Positions 25,799 through 32,000 of a stretch of 32,000 nucleotides of DNA are shown piece after piece. Location of the stretch: the NCBI RefSeq assembly GCF_049243625.1, contig NZ_CP046975.1; one strand, given 5' to 3'. Under the pieces are notes generated by a model. That model was given only the letters and a program-made list of their open reading frames with translations. It was not told the origin of the DNA and did no database searches. Made by a program: the position numbers and the translations under genes. The stretch's first letter is position 1. Every line of letters starts with the position of its first letter. Source of the stretch: Corynebacterium amycolatum. Its GTDB lineage: Bacteria > Actinomycetota > Actinomycetes > Mycobacteriales > Mycobacteriaceae.

Positions 25799-26836
25799 TT
25801 AGTTCTGCGTATTGTTCGGAGGATTGTTCTGGCCGAACTGGTAGCCCTGAATGTTCTGAGACTGGGGGTGCTGCGGCGCATATACCTGCCCCGGGGCTGA
25901 CTGGGTAGTCCTGACCAGTTTCTGGCCGCGGAACCATGCGCGCATGTCCTTGAGGAACATAAGAACGCAAGCGGCGATCAGCATGGCACCTGCGAGGAAG
26001 AGGACTACATCCACCCAGGAGCTCAAGAACAGGAGGGGGATGATGGTCATAGTCAACGCCAGTGGTGCCACGGTGACGCAGAAAAAGATTGGTGCCGTTG
26101 AGTCTTCGCCGCGGAGAATGGAGTGAATCCAGTATGCGGTCAAGGTGACAAGCATCATTCCCAGCAGTAAAAGGATTGGAACGAGAACGAGGGCGGCTGC
26201 AGCGCCCATCATGTAGCCAATACCCTCCCAAGAATCACCCAACGATGACTCTAGGCTGCCGAGATTGTTGGCGCCCTGGATGCTGAGCTTGATTGCGTAC
26301 AGAACTGTGATGATGCCAATCAAGGTTGAAAAACCGACCAGGCCGGTAGTAATTCGGGGAATGAGCGGCATGCGCTGCCACATGTTCTGCAGTGTGGCGT
26401 TTGCCGGCAGTGGCGGTACATCCGTGGTCACCGTGGTGGTTACCGTCGCAGGTCCGTTTTGAGTTGGGGCGGACCACTGTGCTTGTTGATTCTGCTGTGC
26501 CGATGACGGCTGCGACTGGGCTTGCTGGGCTTGCTGGGCTTGTGTCTGGAACGAGGATTCCTGCGCAGTGGGTACCGGGCGATTTGCCAGCCCGCGCAGC
26601 GTCGCGATGGTGATGGTGGCGTTCTCATCGGCCAGCAAAGCGTCGTATTCGCGACGACGTCCCTCATCGCCTAGCACTTGCAGCGCAGTGAGCTTCTCCT
26701 GGAACTCGCCGGAGTACTCCGAGACACCAGCATCCCGCAGTTCAGAGAGCTGACTAGAAAGGTTTGCATGGAGCTCTTCGGTGCTGGCTGCGCTATCCAG
26801 CTTCAGAGACTCGTAGAGGTTATAGCGGTCGCCCAT
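25799..26836 (-). CDS. Membrane protein with a degenerate J-domain-like N-terminus (no HPD), a Gln-rich linker and about 5 TM helices
   Basis: NLYESLKLDSAASTEELHANL...LTALQVLGDEGRRREYDALL resembles J-domain helices I and IV, but no HPD tripeptide is present. A QAQQAQQAQSQPSSAQQNQQAQ linker follows, then hydrophobic helices and a Q/N/P-rich tail. Confidence 0.7.
   Translation of the reverse strand: MGDRYNLYESLKLDSAASTEELHANLSSQLSELRDAGVSEYSGEFQEKLTALQVLGDEGRRREYDALLADENATITIATLRGLANRPVPTAQESSFQTQAQQAQQAQSQPSSAQQNQQAQWSAPTQNGPATVTTTVTTDVPPLPANATLQNMWQRMPLIPRITTGLVGFSTLIGIITVLYAIKLSIQGANNLGSLESSLGDSWEGIGYMMGAAAALVLVPILLLLGMMLVTLTAYWIHSILRGEDSTAPIFFCVTVAPLALTMTIIPLLFLSSWVDVVLFLAGAMLIAACVLMFLKDMRAWFRGQKLVRTTQSAPGQVYAPQHPQSQNIQGYQFGQNNPPNNTQN
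26516..26542. repeat. Three perfect tandem copies of the 9-mer CTGGGCTTG within the coding region (encodes (QAQ)3 on the - strand)
   Basis: CTGGGCTTG is read directly at 26516-26524, 26525-26533 and 26534-26542. Confidence 0.9.
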
Positions 26837-27231
26837 AGCGGCTCAAGATCCTATCGGTATTGCAGTTCGAAATATCTTTTCAAACAATTTACCCGGTAGC
26901 TAGTACGGCAGCATCGAAGACCCGGAGCGCTCGATGGTAGGAAGTCCGTGGCGCTCGGAGGGCATTGGTAGCCCTCGGCAAACAATGCCGATTGCACAAT
27001 GTATTAGAAGAACGTGAGTGAGTGACTACCGCCAATGGCTGTAGATGTTATTCCGCGCACAAATACCCGGGGAACAGACGGATTGAATAGCGAAATTTTT
27101 GTGTTGCGGAGTAGAGTCTCATTTTTCCCTTTCGACTCCCCTCGCGGTTTTGCGAGCCCGTCTTGGGTCGAAAATCGAGGGGAACTGAGAGCCCACCAAC
27201 TGGCGTAAGAAGAGAAAAGGAGACGGTCGCA

Positions 27232-28542
27232 ATGACGTCGTCAAGCGAAGTAACAACCCACAACGACGACCACAAACCGCGTGCACGTCGTGTGGGAGCG
27301 TTTAGCTCGCATCGCCGTCCTGTTCCGGTGCAGGACGACATCTCTGATCTACGCCGAATCTTGGTGATTGTGGCTCTGTCGGTCGGTGCATTCGGCATCG
27401 GCGTTACTGAGTTTGTGGCCATGGGCCTGCTGCCTTACATCGCTGACGCCTTCGGACGCGATGAGGATGCCGCGGGGCGCATGATTTCGATGTACGCCCT
27501 CGGTGTTGTCGTGGGCGCACCGCTGATTACCGTGCTGACCGGTTCGATTCCGCGCAGGCGCATGCTACTGCTGCTGATGGCGGCATTTACCATCGGCAAT
27601 GGTGCCACGGTATGGGCAGGCACACTGGGGTCTTTCGAAGCTGTCATGGTCTCCCGCTTCATTGCCGGTTTGCCGCACGGTGCGTATTTCTCGGTGGCTG
27701 CTCTGGTGGCGGCCTCCCTGGCTAAGCCAGGGCAGCGTGGAAAGATGGTGGCCCTGTCGGGCGTGGGGCTGTCGGTGGCGACTGTGATAGGTGTGCCGGC
27801 CGCGCAGGTGCTGGGGCAGATGTACGGTTGGCGCAGTGCCTTCGCGTTTGTAGCGGTCATCGGCCTGATTGCACTTGTTTCGCTGTGGTTCGCTGTGCCG
27901 CATATGAACCGTATGCCGAAGACGCGTCCGATGGATGAGCTCTCCGCCCTGGTGACACCGCAGGTGCTGCTGACCGTCGCAATCGGCACCGTTGGTTTCG
28001 GCGGAATGTTCGCGGTCTACACCTATATCACTTGGACCATGACTCGCGAAGCGGGCATGAGCGAAAACCACATCTGGATTGTGCTGATGGCCTACGGCAT
28101 CGGCATGGTAGTCGGTACCTACATTGGCGGATGGCTCTCCGACCGCATCGGGGAGTGGGGCATCATGGTTGCGCTGGTGCTGATGGTAATCATGCTCAGT
28201 GCTTTCTACTTCACCTCGCAGAATGCTGTGCTGGGCACGATCAACTTCCTCCTTATCGGTCTGCTGGGATCGGTATTGGTACCGAATCTGCAGACCCGTC
28301 TGATGGATGTCGCAGGTCGCGCACAGACGCTGGCGGCAGCTCTCAACCAGGCCGCATTGAACATGGCCAACGCATTCGGAGCCGCGCTCGGTGGTTGGGT
28401 CATCGCTTCCGGTTATGGCTACCGCGCACCGGCTTTGGGCGGCGCAACGTTGGCGATGCTGGCTATCTTCATCGCTCTGCCGACCATTGTTCTGTACCGC
28501 CGCTCACAGGCGAAGAAGTCCGAGCGCATCGAACTGCGCTAG
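27232..28542 (+). CDS. MFS transporter, DHA1-type (AraJ/YdhP/Cmx-like efflux permease)
   Basis: 12-TM pattern. The N-terminal motif GVTEFVAMGLLPYIADAF...MISMYALGVVVGAPL is typical of this subfamily. ATG 27232 has SD AAAGGAG 9 nt upstream. The longer ORF from 27163 is rejected. Confidence 0.85.
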   Translation: MTSSSEVTTHNDDHKPRARRVGAFSSHRRPVPVQDDISDLRRILVIVALSVGAFGIGVTEFVAMGLLPYIADAFGRDEDAAGRMISMYALGVVVGAPLITVLTGSIPRRRMLLLLMAAFTIGNGATVWAGTLGSFEAVMVSRFIAGLPHGAYFSVAALVAASLAKPGQRGKMVALSGVGLSVATVIGVPAAQVLGQMYGWRSAFAFVAVIGLIALVSLWFAVPHMNRMPKTRPMDELSALVTPQVLLTVAIGTVGFGGMFAVYTYITWTMTREAGMSENHIWIVLMAYGIGMVVGTYIGGWLSDRIGEWGIMVALVLMVIMLSAFYFTSQNAVLGTINFLLIGLLGSVLVPNLQTRLMDVAGRAQTLAAALNQAALNMANAFGAALGGWVIASGYGYRAPALGGATLAMLAIFIALPTIVLYRRSQAKKSERIELR

Positions 28543-28585
28543 AGGTCTACAAGGCGTAGCGTACGCATAGGTAACGTATGAGGGC

Positions 28586-29542
28586 ATGAGCCTTACAATC
28601 GCGACAATCAATGTCAACGGCATCCGCGCCGCCGTCAAAGAGCGCAGCGAAACCAACCTCGGACTGTTGGAGTGGCTGAAGCACACCAGTTCCGATGTCG
28701 TTTTGCTGCAGGAAGTCCGCGCCACCGACGACCAGGCACGCAAGGCCCTCGCGCCCGCTTTCGATGCCGGATGGCATTGGGTCGGCGCTGAAAACCTGGG
28801 TGCCAAGGGGCGCGCCGGGGTGGGCATTCTCTCGCGCTTTCCGCTTAACGACGTCCAGGTGGGCATCGGCTCGGAGGAGTTCGAAGAATCCGGTCGGTTT
28901 ATCAGTGGGGTTGCCCCGGCAGCGGATACCGGCCTGGATGCGGATGTCCAGATTGCCAGCCTCTACCTGCCGTCCGGTGCCGCGCTTAGTGAGAAGCAGG
29001 ATGAGAAGTACCGCTTCCTCGATGCCTTCTCTGATTACCTGGCGGAACTGGGTGCCAAGGGGCGCGACGGTCACCACGCAGTTATCGGCGGCGACTGGAA
29101 CATCTGTCACCGCGAACAGGATTTGAAGAACTGGAAGACCAACCGCCGCAAGAGCGGCTTCCTGCCACAGGAGCGCGCCTGGATGGACTCGGTCTTCGGC
29201 TGCTGGCCCGATGAGGTTCCCCAGGATTCGCAGGTTCAGGCCAGCGACAAGGAGCTGGAATCCGGTGCCTTCTCCGATGGTTCCGTGTGGGAGGCCCCGG
29301 CGCCCAATGCAGATCCGGTGTGGTTTGATGTCACCCGCCGTCTTCACCCAGAGGCCGACGGCCCTTGGTCCTGGTGGACCTACCGCGGTAAGGCGTTCGA
29401 TACAGATGCCGGCTGGCGCATCGACTACCAGGCGGCAACCGAACCAATGCTCAAGCGTGCCGTCAGCTCGGTGGTGGACAAGCCTGCCGCCTACGATCTT
29501 CGCTGGACGGACCACGCGCCGGTGATCGTGGAGTACGCCTAG
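28586..29542 (+). CDS. xthA: Exodeoxyribonuclease III (EEP-fold AP endonuclease)
   Basis: The N-terminus is IATINVNGIRAA. LQEVRA, DWNICH, WRIDYQ and the C-terminal WTDHAPVIVEY are ExoIII/EEP catalytic motifs. It carries an insertion of about 35-40 aa relative to E. coli XthA. Confidence 0.9.
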   Translation: MSLTIATINVNGIRAAVKERSETNLGLLEWLKHTSSDVVLLQEVRATDDQARKALAPAFDAGWHWVGAENLGAKGRAGVGILSRFPLNDVQVGIGSEEFEESGRFISGVAPAADTGLDADVQIASLYLPSGAALSEKQDEKYRFLDAFSDYLAELGAKGRDGHHAVIGGDWNICHREQDLKNWKTNRRKSGFLPQERAWMDSVFGCWPDEVPQDSQVQASDKELESGAFSDGSVWEAPAPNADPVWFDVTRRLHPEADGPWSWWTYRGKAFDTDAGWRIDYQAATEPMLKRAVSSVVDKPAAYDLRWTDHAPVIVEYA

Positions 29543-29567
29543 ACTCGGCACGCGCCTAGGCCGCGGA

Positions 29568-32000
29568 CTAGTATGCTCCGACTCCAGCGAATTCTGGGAT
29601 CAACTCCGGCTCGGGAGCGGTTACGAGATGTCGGTTCTGCCGCAACATGGAGGCAATGCCGTCAACGATGGCGTCGGCCCATTTGTCCTGCATAGCCGGG
29701 TCGGCCAAATCGCGGGTGAGTTTTTCAGCGCCCACCGCTCCCAGCGATAGCGCAACCGTCGGCGCATGCGACCGCGAACTCTGGTTCACCGCCACTGCCG
29801 GCGCCAGACCGGTACGAAACTCTGTTGGCACCCCGTTTGTGCTGTAACTGCTGTGCGGATTGAAACCTCGGAACACCATTCCGTCACGCACACCTGCCGC
29901 CAGCTGCCAGTCAGCAGGGTCATCGTCCTTTGGCTCGAGGGACTCCACCACAGCGGATACCGAAAAACCACGATCGCCGATGTTATCCCCAGAAAGGGTC
30001 TGGTCCTCTGATGAGCGACCGACAATTACGGTGGCTGCGCTCTCCGTGCCGTCGGCAAGCGAATGCGCGCCAACGATTGCGCCGCGCTGACGGAGCTTCT
30101 CGTTGGCACGTTGCACGATGCTGTCGATGTGAGCGGAAGTATCCCCACTCAAACGCAGTGCGCGAGGCAGGTCAGCGTTGATAGTCTCGATGGCCCCGCG
30201 GCGAGAGTCGACGGTGATATGCGCGCCGGCGAGCGGATCGGCAGCCTCGTCGGGGGAGGGGATGATCGGCTGGCGCGGAGGCATCCACAGCGGATTGGGG
30301 CGCGCCGGGCGGTGTGGGGAACTGTTGACAACAGCGTGCAACTCTTCAGGTGAAAACATCTTGTTGACCGCGAAAATCATCACAGAACCGTCGTGATACA
30401 CGGGCGTGAGCCCCGGCGCGTGCCATGCCCAGGAACGCATCGACAGCGCCTCCGTGCCATCCGTGTTCACACCTGGCGGAGAACTAATGATGTAATGCAC
30501 GCCCAGTTTTTTCGCCATGGCATCGAATTCCGGATGTGAGCCCAGCAAGTCAACGTTTGTCGGCAGCTTCTTGCTTGCCTCGGCAGTTTTGTCGGAGAAG
30601 GAGAAATGGCGGAACAGCGTCGGCAGCCCAGCGATGGCGTACATCCACGCAGAACCGTCACGACGGTCATTGAGGATATGCCCCTCAAACGCATGCGGCT
30701 GCTCGGACAGCCAATCAATAGCTTCCATGTCCGCAGCGGTCACAAACGTGCTTCCGAAACTTCCACGAATTGCCTCGCGCTGAGCAGGCCCACTCACCCA
30801 GGTCGCAGGCACAATCGCCAGTGCCGCTACGAGCCCCATCGCCAGCGCAGGATTCCACGACTTGACCGGCTGATTTCGCTTTGCGACGATCCACTGCGCC
30901 GCAGCCACAATCGCGACAACGGCAGCCGCGACTGCGTAGCCGACCAGCACTGCGCGCAGAATTCCCATAACCGCCTGCATACGGTACGGCATGTCGTAGA
31001 AGAAAGTGCCAATAAACTTCAGATAGGTGCCGAACGGCTCATCCCAACGGGACTGCGCACTATCGGACACCACAAAGAGCAGCCCGAAAGCCAGTGCCGG
31101 CCACGGCGCCCACGGGCTGTCTGGTAGGCGAGAGACCAGCGCCACCACCAGGCCGATGAGCACAAGAACCAGAACAGTCTGGGAAAAGATGGGCTCGTCA
31201 GCATAGCGGGAAAACCCGATAAGAGTCCGCCACAGTGATTCGGAGCGGGAAATCTCAATTTGGCCGGTAAAGCCCGCAACGGATTCACCTTGCCCGCTAG
31301 CGGACAATGCTGCCGGGAGAGTCATCACCAGTGAGAGCGCTCCGATAATTAGTGTGCGAGCGAGGCCACTGACACTCGGTTGGGTGATCAACCACAAGCC
31401 AACAAAGAGCACAGCAGCAATTGCGCCGGCCGGGTGGGTGATAAACGTGCCGACCAGGGCAAGCGTAGCGGGGACAATATAGCCCCGCATGGTCAAAGCC
31501 GCAGCGATCGGCAAAGTGGCCACCGCGAGCAGATACGGCATGGAGGATGTGCGCCAAAGAGCCACCCAAATCTCCGGAAGCATCAGCGTCGCGACGGCAG
31601 CTGCGGGACCGGCATAGGCCGCCCACTTAGGGCCAACTGCGGTGCGGGCTAGCACCGCAGTTGCTGCGGGCAGAAGCAGCGCCGGGGCCAAGAACGCAAA
31701 CACGTTGGAATCGAGGAAAACCGAGCCGGGCAGCAGCCCCGCCACGGCATGCCAGCCGGTGGGGTAGAACATTTCGGCTCCGGTCTCCTGATTCATCAGG
31801 TCACCGGCCGCGGTGGGCGAGGCTATTGCATGCTCGTCAATGAACCGGAGGAAGTTGGTATGCCAGAGCATATCCCAGGCCTCGCGGATAGCGCCGGGGC
31901 CACCGGGGACGTCGTTAAGCACGAGCATGGCGCGCATCGAGCCGACTACCGTGACCCCGGCGACAATCATCGCGGTGACAACGCCGGAATCGAAGCCGTC
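29568..32000 (-). CDS. Large polytopic membrane protein (GT-C-like/DUF6541-like N-terminal domain with about 12 or more TM helices plus a ~330-aa extracytoplasmic C-terminal region); its N-terminus is probably outside the window
   Basis: The reading frame stays open upstream of the ATG at 31970 all the way to the window edge. Many hydrophobic helices occur. The C-terminal ~220 aa loosely resemble an Amidase_3 fold (by-eye assessment). The functional call is tentative. Confidence 0.6.
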   Translation of the reverse strand, partial: DGFDSGVVTAMIVAGVTVVGSMRAMLVLNDVPGGPGAIREAWDMLWHTNFLRFIDEHAIASPTAAGDLMNQETGAEMFYPTGWHAVAGLLPGSVFLDSNVFAFLAPALLLPAATAVLARTAVGPKWAAYAGPAAAVATLMLPEIWVALWRTSSMPYLLAVATLPIAAALTMRGYIVPATLALVGTFITHPAGAIAAVLFVGLWLITQPSVSGLARTLIIGALSLVMTLPAALSASGQGESVAGFTGQIEISRSESLWRTLIGFSRYADEPIFSQTVLVLVLIGLVVALVSRLPDSPWAPWPALAFGLLFVVSDSAQSRWDEPFGTYLKFIGTFFYDMPYRMQAVMGILRAVLVGYAVAAAVVAIVAAAQWIVAKRNQPVKSWNPALAMGLVAALAIVPATWVSGPAQREAIRGSFGSTFVTAADMEAIDWLSEQPHAFEGHILNDRRDGSAWMYAIAGLPTLFRHFSFSDKTAEASKKLPTNVDLLGSHPEFDAMAKKLGVHYIISSPPGVNTDGTEALSMRSWAWHAPGLTPVYHDGSVMIFAVNKMFSPEELHAVVNSSPHRPARPNPLWMPPRQPIIPSPDEAADPLAGAHITVDSRRGAIETINADLPRALRLSGDTSAHIDSIVQRANEKLRQRGAIVGAHSLADGTESAATVIVGRSSEDQTLSGDNIGDRGFSVSAVVESLEPKDDDPADWQLAAGVRDGMVFRGFNPHSSYSTNGVPTEFRTGLAPAVAVNQSSRSHAPTVALSLGAVGAEKLTRDLADPAMQDKWADAIVDGIASMLRQNRHLVTAPEPELIPEFAGVGAY

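Noticed and set aside
27035-27208. 57-aa ORF (MAVDVIPRTNTRGTDGLNSEIFVLRSRV...) just upstream of the MFS gene
   Set aside because: There is no convincing SD. GC3 is about 50% versus about 70% or more in neighbouring genes, and rare codons occur (AGA, GGA, CGA, AGT). It is more likely non-coding leader sequence. A regulatory uORF is not excluded.
27048-27422. 124-aa ORF on the - strand overlapping the MFS start
   Set aside because: It is antisense to the MFS N-terminus and leader. The sequence is not protein-like and has no SD.
28547-29551. 334-aa ORF on the - strand covering the whole xthA locus
   Set aside because: The + strand product carries all ExoIII/EEP catalytic motifs (NVNG, QEV, DWN, SDHAPV-type end). 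The - strand product has none.

Overview
The window reads as a conserved chromosomal core region of a high-GC actinobacterium. Protein similarity and gene order match Corynebacterium (C. glutamicum cg0699-cg0766 neighbourhood; M. tuberculosis Rv3411c-Rv3394c/Rv3370c). Gene order is: guaB 3' end, guaB3-like IMPDH paralog, ChoD-like GMC oxidoreductase, guaA, membrane protein (-), MhuD/IsdG-like monooxygenase, imuA'-imuB, AMIN-like lipoprotein (-), sucrase/ferredoxin-like protein, metQNI operon (-), dnaE2, S9 peptidase, trmL, folD, DUF3017 protein, metX and metY (-), monomeric icd (-), J-like membrane protein (-), MFS transporter, xthA, and a large polytopic membrane protein (-) that runs off the right edge. 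Coding density is about 92%. I found no tRNA, rRNA, CRISPR array, IS element, integrase or prophage signature. I do not see a convincing novel multi-gene system such as a defence island. The most system-like content is the known SOS mutasome (imuA'-imuB plus dnaE2), here split by about 4.7 kb of unrelated genes. Other points worth a second look are candidate operator sites read by eye: a LexA box before dnaE2; McbR-type TAGAC-N6-GTCTA sites sharing an identical 12-mer before metQNI and metY; and a near-perfect GlxR/CRP site before icd. There is also an SD-sequestering 12-bp stem before the choD-like gene, two structured ~395-bp intergenic spacers, and three unusual proteins. These are a pseudo-J-domain membrane protein, a GT-C-like membrane protein with a possibly degenerate amidase-like C-terminus, and an IMPDH paralog with no catalytic Cys. 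All homology and motif calls come from reading the translations and sequence by eye. No alignment, HMM or folding computation was run.
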